The notes under the pieces are model-generated. The model worked only from the letters and a program-made list of their open reading frames with translations, did no database searches and was not told the origin of the DNA. Source: an uncultured Actinomycetes bacterium (GTDB lineage: Bacteria; Actinomycetota; Thermoleophilia; UBA2241). Taken from it: a stretch of 64,000 nucleotides of DNA. Positions 23,630-34,038 of this stretch are shown here, piece after piece (the first letter of the stretch is position 1; each line of letters opens with the position of its first letter). Location: NCBI GenBank assembly GCA_963767005.1, contig CAVYCN010000002.1, positions 345,272 through 409,271 of the forward strand. Reading direction: 5' to 3'. The translations under genes and the position numbers were made by a program.

Positions 23630-25711
23630 GTGGCCCGCATGATCCCAGTCGCGCAGATCGCCGAACAGCGCGGCACCACCGTCGCCGACGTGCTCGCTCA
23701 TCTGCGACGCGCCGGTGTGGAGCTCGCCCAGGGCCAGCTCGAGGTCGACGAACAGCTCGTCGAGCGCGCCTACGCCGCGACGGGCGGCGCCCGTCGCGGC
23801 CGTCCCGGCGGCGGCGGCGGCGGACGCCGACGCCGCGTCGTGATCGACGCGCAGGCGTCGCGTCGCGGTCCCGGACCGCAGGGAGACCGGCGCGGCCGGC
23901 GCGACCGCCAGCAGCCGGGCGACCGCGCCGAGTCGACGCCGGCCGCGCCGGTCGAGGGCCAGGTCGTCAAGGTGCCCTCGGGCTCGAGCGTGAAAGACGT
24001 CTCGCAGCTGCTCGGCGTGTCCACCGCCGAGATCATCAAGCGGATGATGGGCTACGGTGAGATGGCGACCATCACGCAGCCGCTGTCCGACGAGGCCATG
24101 ACCATCCTTGCCGACGACTTCAAGCGCACCATCGAGATCACTCACGCCGCCGACGAGGAAGGCGAGGTCGACGAGACGCCCGAGGACCGTCCCGAGGACC
24201 TCAAGCGCCGGCCGCCGGTGATCACCGTCATGGGCCACGTCGACCACGGCAAGACGAGTCTGCTCGACGCGATCCGCGAGACCTCGGTGGCCGCCGGCGA
24301 GGCGGGCGGCATCACTCAGCACATCGGCGCCTATCAGGTCGCGCACGACGGCAAGACGATCACGTTCCTCGACACGCCGGGCCACGAGGCCTTTACGGCC
24401 ATGCGCGCCCGCGGCGCCAAGGTGACCGACATCGCCGCGATCGTCGTGGCCGCCGACGACGGCGTCATGCCGCAGACCGTCGAGGCCATCGACCACGCCA
24501 AGGCGGCCGGCGTGCCGATCGTCATCGTGATCAACAAGATCGACAAGCCCGACGCCAACGTCGAGAAGATCAAGCAGCAGCTCACCGAGTTCAGCATCGT
24601 GCCCGAAGCGTGGGGCGGCGATACGGTCTTCGTCGAGGCCAGCGCGAAGCAGCGCATCGGCCTCGACAACTTCCTCGATATGCTCCAGCTCGTGGCCGAT
24701 GTGGCCGACCTCAAGGCCAACCCCGACACCGCGGCGAGCGGCGTCATCATCGAGGCCAAGGTCGACGTCGGCCGGGGCGTCGTCGCCACCATGCTGGTCG
24801 GACGCGGCACCATCCACGTCGGCGACGCCGTCGTCGCCGGCGAGGCCAGCGGCCGCGTGCGCGCCATGCACGACTTCCGCGGCAAGCCGGTCAAGGTGGC
24901 GGGGCCCTCGGTGCCGGTCGAGATCATCGGCTTCGACTCGGTGCCCGAGGCCGGCGAGTTCTGCCGCGTCGTCAAGGACGAGAAGGCGGCCCGCGTGGTG
25001 GCCAACCGGCGCACCAACCGGCTGCGCGCCGAGGAGCTCGCCAAGCAGCACTCGCTGACCCTCGACGACCTCTACGCGCGTATCGCGCAGGGCGAGGTCG
25101 CCGAGCTCAACCTCGTGCTCAAGGCCGACGTCCAGGGCAGCATCGAGGCGCTCGCCGACGCCCTCCTGCAGATCAGCCACGACGAGGTCAAGGTACGCAT
25201 CATCCACTCGGGCGTGGGCGGCATCAACGAGTCCGACGTGATGCTGGCGACCGCCTCGAAGGCCATCATCATCGGCTTCAACGTGCGGCCCAACGCGCCG
25301 GCCGCGGCGCTCGCCGAGTCCGAGGGTGTCGACATCCGCACGTACCGCGTCATCTACAAGGTGACCGAGGACGTGCAGGCCGCCCTGGTCGGGCTCCTCA
25401 AGCCCGAGGTCGTCGAGGAGGTGCTCGGCCAAGCCGAGGTCCGCCAGCTGTTCAAGGTCTCCCGGCTGGGCACGATCGCGGGCTGCTACGTGACGCGCGG
25501 CAAGATCACGCGCACGGCCAGCATCCGCGTGCTGCGCGACGGCGTGGTCGTCCACGACGGCAGGATCGCCTCGCTCAAGCGCTTCAACGAAGACGCCCGC
25601 GAGGCGCTCGAGGGCTTCGAATGCGGCATCCTGCTCGACGGCTTCAACGACCTCAAAGAGGGGGACATGCTGGAGGCGTACGAGACGAAGGAAGTCGCCC
25701 GTGGCGGGTGA
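23630..25711 (+). CDS. infB: translation initiation factor IF-2
   Basis: Gly/Arg-rich N-terminus, GTPase domain ([25 protein letters not shown]) and C-terminal IF2 beta-barrel domains. Confidence 0.95.
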   Translation: MARMIPVAQIAEQRGTTVADVLAHLRRAGVELAQGQLEVDEQLVERAYAATGGARRGRPGGGGGGRRRRVVIDAQASRRGPGPQGDRRGRRDRQQPGDRAESTPAAPVEGQVVKVPSGSSVKDVSQLLGVSTAEIIKRMMGYGEMATITQPLSDEAMTILADDFKRTIEITHAADEEGEVDETPEDRPEDLKRRPPVITVMGHVDHGKTSLLDAIRETSVAAGEAGGITQHIGAYQVAHDGKTITFLDTPGHEAFTAMRARGAKVTDIAAIVVAADDGVMPQTVEAIDHAKAAGVPIVIVINKIDKPDANVEKIKQQLTEFSIVPEAWGGDTVFVEASAKQRIGLDNFLDMLQLVADVADLKANPDTAASGVIIEAKVDVGRGVVATMLVGRGTIHVGDAVVAGEASGRVRAMHDFRGKPVKVAGPSVPVEIIGFDSVPEAGEFCRVVKDEKAARVVANRRTNRLRAEELAKQHSLTLDDLYARIAQGEVAELNLVLKADVQGSIEALADALLQISHDEVKVRIIHSGVGGINESDVMLATASKAIIIGFNVRPNAPAAALAESEGVDIRTYRVIYKVTEDVQAALVGLLKPEVVEEVLGQAEVRQLFKVSRLGTIAGCYVTRGKITRTASIRVLRDGVVVHDGRIASLKRFNEDAREALEGFECGILLDGFNDLKEGDMLEAYETKEVARGG

Positions 25712-26024
25712 GGCGCACGTCGGCGTGCTGCTCGCCGAGCTGCACTTTCCGGCGAGTCGCTCGCTCAAGGCCAAACGACAACCGCTGACCTCGCTGCGCG
25801 ACACCGTGCAGCACCGCTTCCGGGCCTCCTTCGCCGAGGTCGGCCGGCACGACAGCTGGCAGCTCGCCGAGGTGCTGGTCGTCCTCGCCGCGTCGTCGGG
25901 GCGGCAGGCCAGCGAGCGCATCGACGAGATCGACCGGTACCTGCACGGTCGCGAGTTCGAGGTGTCGCGGGTCATGGTGAAGTCGGTCGACCCGGTCGAG
26001 GCCCTGTGGGACACAGGCTCCTGA
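25701..26024 (+). CDS. DUF503 (YlxP-like) protein
   Basis: ~100-aa protein placed between infB and rbfA, as YlxP is in Bacillus. Confidence 0.7.
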   Translation: MAGEAHVGVLLAELHFPASRSLKAKRQPLTSLRDTVQHRFRASFAEVGRHDSWQLAEVLVVLAASSGRQASERIDEIDRYLHGREFEVSRVMVKSVDPVEALWDTGS

Positions 26025-26503
26025 AGGTTAACGAGGCGCTGCGCGAGGTGCTGTCGCGCGAGATCGCCGGTCTCAAGGACCCACGCGTCGGCTTCGTCAC
26101 GGTGACCGGCGTGCTGACCTCGAACGACCTGCGCCACGCGAAGGTCTTCGTGAGCGTGCTCGGCAGCGCCCGCGAGCGCGAGCGTTCGCTCGACGGCCTG
26201 CGCGCCGCCCACGGCTTCCTGCAGGAGCGGATCGCCGTCGACGTGCGCATCAAGCGCACGCCGCAGCTGCGGTTCCTCTACGACGAGTCGATCGACCGCG
26301 GCCAGCGCATCGAGAGCCTGCTCAAGCGCTACGAGGACGAGCTCGGGGGCGAGCCCGCCGCTCCCGGCGAAGGCACCGAGGAGGCCGTCCAGGTCGGGGG
26401 GCCGGTGCCCGGCGAAGGCGGCGAGGAGGTCGTTCAGGGCGAGGAGCCCGCGCCCGGCGGTGGCGGCGCAGAGGCCGGACCCGACGACGTGGAGGAGCCA
26501 TGA
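26006..26503 (+). CDS. rbfA: ribosome-binding factor A
   Basis: RbfA KH-like core (RVGFVTVTGV...DLRHAKVFVSV) with an acidic Gly/Glu-rich C-terminal extension. Confidence 0.85.
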   Translation: MGHRLLKVNEALREVLSREIAGLKDPRVGFVTVTGVLTSNDLRHAKVFVSVLGSARERERSLDGLRAAHGFLQERIAVDVRIKRTPQLRFLYDESIDRGQRIESLLKRYEDELGGEPAAPGEGTEEAVQVGGPVPGEGGEEVVQGEEPAPGGGGAEAGPDDVEEP

Positions 26504-27477
26504 CCGAACGCGGCGATCAGATCGACGCCGTGTGCGCCGCGATGCGCGCCGAGTCGCAGGTCGCGGTCGCCGTGCACGAGAGCCCCGACGCCGACGCGGT
26601 CGGCGCGGCGGCCGGCATGCTCGACCTCTTCGGGCAGCTCGGCGTGCCCGCCGCCCTGCACGTCGACGCCGGCGTCGCCGTGCCGTACGCCGCCGAGCTG
26701 CTGCCGCCCGGCGTGGTCGTCGTGGGATCGCCGCCGGGCGCCGCCACGCTGTACGCCCTCGATTGCGGGTCGCTCGACCGCCTGGCGCTGACGCTCGGGG
26801 AGCGCAGCGGGCGCACCGTCGACATCGACCACCACCACGACAACACCCGGTTCGGCGACCTCACGTGGGTCGACGGGCGGGCGAGCAGCACATCCGAGCT
26901 GGTCTGCCGCCTCGCCGCGCGCCTCGGGCTCGAGTTCGGCACCCGCGCCGCCACGGCGCTCTACGCCGGGATCTCGTTCGACACGGGTCACTTCCAGCAC
27001 GAAAGCACGTCGGCCGAGACCCTCGGCTGGGCGGCGCGCCTCGTCGAGCGCGGCGCCGATCCGACGCGCGTGTATCGCCTGCTCTATGAGCGCCGGAGCC
27101 TCGCCGGGCTGCGCCTCTGGGCGCGAGCGATCGAGCGCATACGGCCGGCCGCCGGCGGCCGCGCGCTGCTGGCGATGCTGACGGCCGACGACTTCACCGC
27201 CACGGGGGCGGCCGACGACGACTCCGAGGGCATCGTCGACGCCCTGCGCGGCGTGCCCGGCGTCGACGTGGCCGCCCTCGTGCGACCGCGCGACGACGGG
27301 CGCGTGCGGGTGAGCCTGCGCTCCGAGGGCTTCGACGTGAGCGCGGTCGCCAGCCTGAAGGGCGGCGGCGGCCACCGCCAGGCCGCGGGGTTCACGGCGG
27401 CGGGCTCGCTCGAGGAGGTGATCCAGTGGCTCAGTACCGTACTCGACGAGCGCCTCTCGACGGTGTCCTCCTCGTAG
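26500..27477 (+). CDS. nrnA: DHH-family phosphoesterase NrnA (oligoribonuclease / pAp phosphatase)
   Basis: DHH motifs ([14 protein letters not shown]) plus a DHHA1 C-terminal domain (GGGH). Confidence 0.8.
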   Translation: MTERGDQIDAVCAAMRAESQVAVAVHESPDADAVGAAAGMLDLFGQLGVPAALHVDAGVAVPYAAELLPPGVVVVGSPPGAATLYALDCGSLDRLALTLGERSGRTVDIDHHHDNTRFGDLTWVDGRASSTSELVCRLAARLGLEFGTRAATALYAGISFDTGHFQHESTSAETLGWAARLVERGADPTRVYRLLYERRSLAGLRLWARAIERIRPAAGGRALLAMLTADDFTATGAADDDSEGIVDALRGVPGVDVAALVRPRDDGRVRVSLRSEGFDVSAVASLKGGGGHRQAAGFTAAGSLEEVIQWLSTVLDERLSTVSSS

Positions 27478-28337
27478 ACAAGCCGGCCGGCTGCACGTCG
27501 CACGATGTCGTGGCGCGCGTGCGCCGGGCGCTGCGCCCCGAGGTCAAGAAAGTGGGGCACGCCGGCACGCTCGATCCGTTTGCGACCGGCCTGCTGATCG
27601 TCCTCGTCGGGCGCGCGACCAAGCTCGCCCGTTTCTTCGTCGACCTGCCCAAGGACTACGTCTGCACGCTGCAGTTCGGCTTCACCTCGGACACCGGCGA
27701 CGGGACCGGCGAGCTCACGCCGACCGTCCGCGCGACCACGCTCGACGAGCTCGCCGCGACGCTGCCGCGGTTCCTCGGGCGCATCCAGCAGAAGGTGCCG
27801 ATGACCTCGGCCGTCAAGGTCGACGGGGAGCGCCTCTACCGCAAGGCGCACCGCGGCGAGGTCGTCGAGACGCCGATCAAGGAGGTCGAGATCACGGCCA
27901 TCGACGTGCTCGACTTCGACCCCGAGAAGCTGACCTCGCGCTGCCGGGTCGTGTGCTCGAAGGGCACCTACGTGCGGCAGCTCGCGATCGACGTCGGCGA
28001 GGCCCTCGGGGCCGGCGCCTACGTCGCCAGCCTGGCGCGCGCCGCGACCGGCCCCTTCCGGCTCGAGGACGCGCAGACGCTCGCCGATTTCGAAGAAGCC
28101 GTCGCAGCCCGCGAGCCCGACGATCTGCGCATCCCCGGCCTGCTGTCGCCGGCCCAGGCGCTGCAGTTCATGCCGGCGGTGACGGTGACGGCGGCCCAGG
28201 TGGCGGCCGTGCGCAACGGCGCACGGCTGCCGGCCGGCCCGCCGCACCCGGTGCGCCTGCTCTTCAGGGGCGAGCTCCTCGCCGTGTACGGACCGGTCGA
28301 CGACGGCCCGGGGCTGCGCCCGCTCGTCATGCTCTGA
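27426..28337 (+). CDS. truB: tRNA pseudouridine(55) synthase
   Basis: Catalytic [11 protein letters not shown] motif with a PUA-like C-terminus. GTG 27426 is the only canonical start, giving a 52-nt overlap with nrnA. Confidence 0.9.
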   Translation: MAQYRTRRAPLDGVLLVDKPAGCTSHDVVARVRRALRPEVKKVGHAGTLDPFATGLLIVLVGRATKLARFFVDLPKDYVCTLQFGFTSDTGDGTGELTPTVRATTLDELAATLPRFLGRIQQKVPMTSAVKVDGERLYRKAHRGEVVETPIKEVEITAIDVLDFDPEKLTSRCRVVCSKGTYVRQLAIDVGEALGAGAYVASLARAATGPFRLEDAQTLADFEEAVAAREPDDLRIPGLLSPAQALQFMPAVTVTAAQVAAVRNGARLPAGPPHPVRLLFRGELLAVYGPVDDGPGLRPLVML

Positions 28338-29293
28338 TGGAGGTCGTACACGACCTCTCGGCCGCCGCCCGGCGTCCGCGTGCCGTGGCCCTCGGCACCT
28401 TCGACGGCGTGCACGCCGGCCACCAGCTCGTGATCGGTGTGGCCCGCAAGGAAGCGCGCCGGCGGGGGATCACCGCCAGCGTCGTCACCTTCGACCGTCA
28501 CCCCCTCGCGATCATCGATCCGACCCACCAGCCGCGGCTGCTGACGCCGCTCGGCGTCAAGGAGGAGCTCATCGGCGAGCTCGGTGTCGACGAGCTCGTC
28601 GTGCTGCGCTTCGATCGAGCGCTCGCCGACCTGCCCGCCGACGACTTCGTGGCCGGCGTGCTCTCGGGCGGCCTGCGCGCCAACGTGGTCGCGGTCGGCG
28701 AGAACTTCACCTTCGGGGCGCGTGGCCTGGGCACGCCGGCGACGCTCGCCGCTCGCGGCGACGACCTCGGTTTCGAGACGATCGTCGTGCCCCTGCTCCA
28801 GTCGCACGGCCGGCCGATCAGCTCCTCGCGCATCCGGCGCCTCCTGCACGACGGCCGGCTGCCCGAGGTGCGCGCCATCCTCGGTCGCCCGCCGCGACTC
28901 GTCGGCGTGGTCGTGCACGGCGACAAGCGCGGCCGCACGCTCGGCTTTCCGACCGCCAACATCGACGCCCACACCGGCATGATCTTTCCAGGGCGGGGCG
29001 TCTACGCGGCTCGCGCGCGGCTCGACGGCCGCTGGTACCGCGCCGCGGTCAACGTGGGCCACAACCCGACGTTCCTGCACCCGGGCGACGAGACCGCGTT
29101 CGTGCGCATCGAGGCGCACCTGCTGGGCTTCGACGGCGACGCCTACGGCGCCGACATGGTGGTCGACTTCCTGGCGAGGCTTCGTGCCGAGCAGACCTTC
29201 GCCAGCGCCGCCGACCTCGTGGCGCGCATGCACGACGACATCGCGCGCACGGCGGCGCTGAACGACCGCGCCTATCTCGAGCTCGGTCTGTGA
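28337..29293 (+). CDS. ribF: bifunctional riboflavin kinase / FMN adenylyltransferase
   Basis: FAD synthetase N-terminal domain (GTFDGVHAGHQ) plus riboflavin kinase C-terminal domain (GFPTANI). Confidence 0.9.
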   Translation: MEVVHDLSAAARRPRAVALGTFDGVHAGHQLVIGVARKEARRRGITASVVTFDRHPLAIIDPTHQPRLLTPLGVKEELIGELGVDELVVLRFDRALADLPADDFVAGVLSGGLRANVVAVGENFTFGARGLGTPATLAARGDDLGFETIVVPLLQSHGRPISSSRIRRLLHDGRLPEVRAILGRPPRLVGVVVHGDKRGRTLGFPTANIDAHTGMIFPGRGVYAARARLDGRWYRAAVNVGHNPTFLHPGDETAFVRIEAHLLGFDGDAYGADMVVDFLARLRAEQTFASAADLVARMHDDIARTAALNDRAYLELGL

Positions 29294-29491
29294 GGGTGGC
29301 GCCGCACGGCCGCGCCCTTGAGCTCGGCGTGTGACGGCGGCGGCGCGGGCGTGGGGGAGAGGGTCGGCGGTGGTCCGGCGACCCCTACGAGTTTGTACCG
29401 ACCCCCCGGTGTGGTACCCTACCCAGCGACCGTCTCTCGGTTCCGGGCTCGCCGACCCGGTACTGGGTCTCCGGATCATCCCGCAAGGGAG

Positions 29492-29770
29492 GTGATTCCC
29501 CTGGCGATCACGACTGAAGACAAGCAAGCCATCATCGCACGATTCTCCAAGCACGACGGCGACACCGGTTCGCCCGAAGTGCAGGTGGCGCTCCTCACCA
29601 AGCGCATCGACGACCTCACCGAGCACCTCAAGGTCCACAAGAAGGACCACCACTCCCGCCGAGGCCTGCTCATGATGGTCGGCCACCGGCGCCGCCTGCT
29701 CGACTACCTGCAGGCCAAAGACATGGAGCGTTACCGTACCCTCGTGAAAGACCTCGACCTGCGCAAGTAG
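29492..29770 (+). CDS. rpsO: 30S ribosomal protein S15
   Basis: S15 signature ([14 protein letters not shown]...[12 protein letters not shown]). GTG 29492 overlaps the AGGGAGG RBS. The biologically likely initiator is CTG 29501 or ATT 29495, so this is a non-canonical start. Confidence 0.85.
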   Translation: MIPLAITTEDKQAIIARFSKHDGDTGSPEVQVALLTKRIDDLTEHLKVHKKDHHSRRGLLMMVGHRRRLLDYLQAKDMERYRTLVKDLDLRK

Positions 29771-29844
29771 GCGGCGTCCTCCACGTGGCCGCGATCGGCC
29801 GTCCCGATGCGAATGGGACGGCCAGAAGGATTCGAAGGGATTCC

Positions 29845-31950
29845 ATGACCGTTCACACCGTTGATGTAGAGATCGGGGGGCGCACCATCACCCTCGAGAC
29901 AGGCAAGCTCGCCAAGCAGGCCAATGGGGCCGTCGTGGTGCGCTGCGAAGACACCGTCGTGCTGGCCACGGCGGTGGCGCGCGAGGAGACCCGCGAGAAC
30001 CAGGACTTCTTTCCCCTGACGGTCGACGTCGAGGAGCGCATGTACGCCGCCGGCAAGATCCCCGGCGGCTTCATCAAGCGCGAATCACGGCCGAGCGACA
30101 AGGCGACGCTCACCGCGCGTCAGATCGACCGGCCCATCCGTCCATCGTTCCCGAAGGGCTTCATGAACGAGGTCCAGATCATCGGGACAGTGCTCTCCTA
30201 CGACCAGGAGAACGCCTACGACGTCCTGACCATGACCGGCGCTTCGGCGGCCCTCACGATCTCCGAGATCCCCTTCCTGGGGCCGCTCGGCGCCGTGCGC
30301 GTCGGCCTGATCGACGGTGAGTTCGTGGTCAACCCGCCGCTCTCCGACCTCGAGGGCGCGAGCCTCGACCTCGTCGTGTCCGGCAGCAGCGACGCGATCG
30401 TGATGGTCGAGGCCGCCGCGAACGAGGCCAGCGAGGAGCAGGTCCTCGAGGGCCTGCGGCTCGCCCACGCCGAGATCAAGAAGCTGATCGACGCCCAGCT
30501 GCGCCTGCGCGAGCTGGCCGGCAAGCCCAAGTGGGACGTGCCGCCCTACGAAGTCGATCGTGGCCTCTACGACCGCATCGTGCGCGACTTCGGCGCTGAG
30601 GTCGACCGCGTCACGCAGATCGAAGACAAGAAGGGCCGCCAGGAGGGTACCGTCGAGCTGCGCCAGCAGGTCGTGGAGCGTCTCACCGAAGGCGTCGCCG
30701 ACGACGACCTGCGCGAGCACACGGCGCAGGTCCGGCGAGCCTTCGCGCAGCTCGAGAAAGACGTGATCCGGCGGCGCATCGCCGTCGACAAGCGGCGGCC
30801 TGACGGGCGCCGCACCGACGAGATCCGGCCGATCAGCTGCGAGGTCGGGCTCATGCCGCGCACCCACGGCTCGGCCCTGTTCACCCGGGGCCAGACGCAG
30901 GCCCTCACGCTGCTCACCCTGGGGGCGACCGGCGACGCCCAGCGCATCGACACGATCAACCCCGAGGAGAGCAAGAAGTACATCCACCACTACAACTTCC
31001 CACCCTACTCGGTGGGCGAGACGGGCTTCATGCGCGGCCCCAAGCGCCGCGACATCGGCCACGGCGCCCTCGCCGAGCGCGCCCTCGTGCCCATGCTGCC
31101 CGACGAGAAGGACTTCCCCTACACCATCCGCCTGGTGTCCGAGATCCTCGAGAGCAACGGCTCCTCGTCGATGGCGAGCGTCTGTGGCTCGACCCTGTCG
31201 CTCATGGACGCCGGCGTGCAGATCCGCGAACCCGTGGCCGGCATCGCCATGGGCCTGATCAAAGAGGGCGACGACTACGTCGTACTCTCCGACATCGCCG
31301 GCGTCGAGGACCATCTCGGCGACATGGACTTCAAGGTGGCCGGCTCGCGCAACGGCATCACCGCCCTGCAGATGGACATCAAGATCCGGGGCGTCAGCTT
31401 CGAGATCCTGGGCGACGCCCTGGCGCAGGCCAAGCGCGGCCGCCTGTTCATCCTCGACAAGATGCTCGCCACATTGCCGGCGCCGCGCGCCGAGCTCTCG
31501 CCGTACGCGCCGCGTATCTTCACGATCCAGATCAACCCCGACCAGATCGGCCTGATCATCGGCAAGGGCGGCGAGACCATCAAGGGGCTCTGCGAGGAGT
31601 TCGGCGTGCAGATCGACATCGAGGACGACGGCACCGTCTACGTCGCCGCCCCCGACATGGAGGCCGGCGAAGCCGTGACCGAGCGCATCGTGTCGATGAC
31701 CAAGGACATCGAGGTCGGCGACATCATCACCGGCAAGGTCGTCAAGACGACCGACTTCGGCGCGTTCGTCGAGCTCAAGCGGGGCGTCGACGGGCTCATC
31801 CACATCTCCAAGCTCGGCGGCGGCAAGCGCGTCGACAAGGTCGAGGACGTGGTCAGCCGCGGCGACACGATCACGGTCGAGGTCGTCGAGATCGACAAAG
31901 CGCGCAACCGGATCGGCCTGCGGCCGCTCGAAGCCCCGGTCAAGCAATAG
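29845..31950 (+). CDS. pnp: polyribonucleotide nucleotidyltransferase (PNPase)
   Basis: Two RNase PH domains, KH (IGKGGETIKGL) and S1 C-terminal domains. Confidence 0.95.
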   Translation: MTVHTVDVEIGGRTITLETGKLAKQANGAVVVRCEDTVVLATAVAREETRENQDFFPLTVDVEERMYAAGKIPGGFIKRESRPSDKATLTARQIDRPIRPSFPKGFMNEVQIIGTVLSYDQENAYDVLTMTGASAALTISEIPFLGPLGAVRVGLIDGEFVVNPPLSDLEGASLDLVVSGSSDAIVMVEAAANEASEEQVLEGLRLAHAEIKKLIDAQLRLRELAGKPKWDVPPYEVDRGLYDRIVRDFGAEVDRVTQIEDKKGRQEGTVELRQQVVERLTEGVADDDLREHTAQVRRAFAQLEKDVIRRRIAVDKRRPDGRRTDEIRPISCEVGLMPRTHGSALFTRGQTQALTLLTLGATGDAQRIDTINPEESKKYIHHYNFPPYSVGETGFMRGPKRRDIGHGALAERALVPMLPDEKDFPYTIRLVSEILESNGSSSMASVCGSTLSLMDAGVQIREPVAGIAMGLIKEGDDYVVLSDIAGVEDHLGDMDFKVAGSRNGITALQMDIKIRGVSFEILGDALAQAKRGRLFILDKMLATLPAPRAELSPYAPRIFTIQINPDQIGLIIGKGGETIKGLCEEFGVQIDIEDDGTVYVAAPDMEAGEAVTERIVSMTKDIEVGDIITGKVVKTTDFGAFVELKRGVDGLIHISKLGGGKRVDKVEDVVSRGDTITVEVVEIDKARNRIGLRPLEAPVKQ

Positions 31951-31964
31951 GGCGGAGGCCGGCC

Positions 31965-33236
31965 ATCCAGGACTTCGAGATCGCCACGCTCGACAACGGG
32001 CTGCGGGTCGTCACCGAGCCCATCGACGGCGTACGGTCGATCGCGCTCGGATTCTGGATCGGGGTCGGGTCCCGCCACGAGGACCCGACCAAGGCCGGCA
32101 TATCGCACCTGATCGAGCACCTCATCTTCAAGGGTACGGCCGACTACTCGGCCTGGGACATCGCGCGCATCTTCGATCAGATGGGCGGCGAGCTGAACGC
32201 GGCGACGGCCAAGGAGTACACGCTGCTGCACGCGCGCTTCCTCGACGCTCACTTGGACGAAGCCTTCGCCGTCATGGCCGACATGGTGGCCAGGCCGCTC
32301 ATGGCCGACCTCGACGCCGAGCGCGAGGTCGTGCTCGAAGAGGTCGCGCTGTACGAGGACTCACCCTCCGACCTCATCCACGACTACCTCGCCGAGACGG
32401 TCTTCTGGGAGCATCCGCTGGGTCGCCAGATCATCGGCACGGCCGAGACATTGCGGGCGGCCGACCGCGCGGCCGCCGACGCCTACCACCGGGCGCACTA
32501 CGTGACGCCGTCGATCGTGATCGCGGCGGCCGGGAACCTGCGCCACGAGCGCATCGTCGAGCTCGCCAGGCGCCACTTCGGCGGCGCCGGGCGTGGCGCG
32601 TCGCCGACCTCGCCGCTGGCGCACCCCGTCGCTCGTCACGACGCCTACTTCATGCGCAAGGACACCGAGCAGTTCCACGTGTGCCTGGGCGCACCGACCA
32701 TGGCCCGCGACGACCCGCGACGCTTCGCCCTGTCGGTGCTCGACACGGCCCTCGGCGGCTCGTCGAGCTCGCGCCTGTTCCAGGAGATCCGCGAGAAGCG
32801 CGGCCTCGTCTACTCGGTGTACTCGTACACCTCGCTCTATGCCGACACCGGCCTCGTGGCGATCTCGTTCGGCTCGCGGCCCGAGGGCCTGGCCGAGGTC
32901 ATGGAGCTCTGCACCACCGAGCTGCGCGGGCTCGCCGCGTCGCTCACCGACGAAGAGGTCGAGCGCACCAAGGAGCAGATCAAGGGGCAGATCGTGCTCA
33001 GCATGGAGAGCCCCTCGTCGCGCATGAACCGCCTGGGCCGCAGCGTGCTCATGGACCTCGAGATCCGCACGCTCGACGGCATGCTGGCGCAGATCGACGC
33101 GGTCGACCGCGCGGCGGTGGTCGACCTCGCCCGGAGCTCCTACGACGTCGCCACCTGGTCGGCGGTCTGCATCGGCCCCGAGCCCGAGCCCTTCCAGGCG
33201 ACGGTCGGCGACTACAGGTGGTGGGACCCCGAGTGA
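31965..33236 (+). CDS. M16 family zinc peptidase (YmxG/MlpA-like); start non-canonical or unresolved
   Basis: The open frame continues upstream of the first in-frame ATG (32181) and encodes the N-terminal M16 domain, including the HxxEH zinc motif (ISHLIEHLIFKGT). There is no ATG/GTG/TTG in that stretch; the candidate initiator is ATC 31965 or ATA 31947. Confidence 0.75.
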   Translation: MQDFEIATLDNGLRVVTEPIDGVRSIALGFWIGVGSRHEDPTKAGISHLIEHLIFKGTADYSAWDIARIFDQMGGELNAATAKEYTLLHARFLDAHLDEAFAVMADMVARPLMADLDAEREVVLEEVALYEDSPSDLIHDYLAETVFWEHPLGRQIIGTAETLRAADRAAADAYHRAHYVTPSIVIAAAGNLRHERIVELARRHFGGAGRGASPTSPLAHPVARHDAYFMRKDTEQFHVCLGAPTMARDDPRRFALSVLDTALGGSSSSRLFQEIREKRGLVYSVYSYTSLYADTGLVAISFGSRPEGLAEVMELCTTELRGLAASLTDEEVERTKEQIKGQIVLSMESPSSRMNRLGRSVLMDLEIRTLDGMLAQIDAVDRAAVVDLARSSYDVATWSAVCIGPEPEPFQATVGDYRWWDPE

Positions 33237-34006
33237 CCGGCGTCGTCGTCATGGGAGCGCTGGGGCGCATGGGCTCGCTGCTCTGCGCGTCGATCGACGC
33301 CGCCGCCGACCTCGCCCTCGTCGCGCGGGTCGACCCCCGCGCCGCCGCCGCGAGCGGCGCGGGGTCGGCGGCGCCGCTCTTCGCGACCCTGGCCGAGGCG
33401 CTGGCCGCGACACGACCCGACGTCGCTTTCGATTTCACCGTGCCGGGCGCCGTGTTCGACAGCGTCGCCGACGCGCTTCGCGCCGGTCTGCCCACGGTCG
33501 TCGGCACGACCGGCCTCTCCGACGACCAGGTCGAGGCGCTGGCGGCGATCGCCGCCGCGCACGACGCGGCCCTGCTGATCGTGCCGAACTTCGCCCTGGG
33601 CGCCGTCCTGCTCATGCGCTTCGCGACGCAGGCCGCGCGCTACTTCCCGGCCGCCGAGATCATCGAGCTTCACGAGCAGGACAAGCTCGACGCGCCCTCG
33701 GGCACGTCGCTGCGCACCGCCCGGCTCATGTGCGAGGGCGGCGCGGCCCACCCCCACGGCGCCGACGAGACGCGTCCCTCGCGTGGCCTGTCGGCCGACG
33801 GCGTGCGGATCCACAGCGTGCGCCTGCCGGGCCTGGTCGCCCACCAGGAGGTCGTCTTCGGGGGCGTGGGGGAGACCCTGAGCCTGCGGCACGACTCGCT
33901 GTCGCGCGAGTCGTTCATGGCCGGCGCGCTGCTTGCCCTCAGGCGGGCGCCCGGTCTCACCGGCACGACGGTCGGCCTCGAGCACCTGCTCGACGACGGG
34001 GCCTGA
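33233..34006 (+). CDS. dapB: 4-hydroxy-tetrahydrodipicolinate reductase
   Basis: N-terminal NAD(P) Rossmann fold (VVVMGALGRMG) and DapB C-terminal domain (EIIELHEQDKLDAPSGT). GTG overlaps the upstream stop. Confidence 0.85.
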   Translation: MTGVVVMGALGRMGSLLCASIDAAADLALVARVDPRAAAASGAGSAAPLFATLAEALAATRPDVAFDFTVPGAVFDSVADALRAGLPTVVGTTGLSDDQVEALAAIAAAHDAALLIVPNFALGAVLLMRFATQAARYFPAAEIIELHEQDKLDAPSGTSLRTARLMCEGGAAHPHGADETRPSRGLSADGVRIHSVRLPGLVAHQEVVFGGVGETLSLRHDSLSRESFMAGALLALRRAPGLTGTTVGLEHLLDDGA

Positions 34007-34038
34007 GCGACGTGAGCGACGACAGGGGGAACGCCGAG

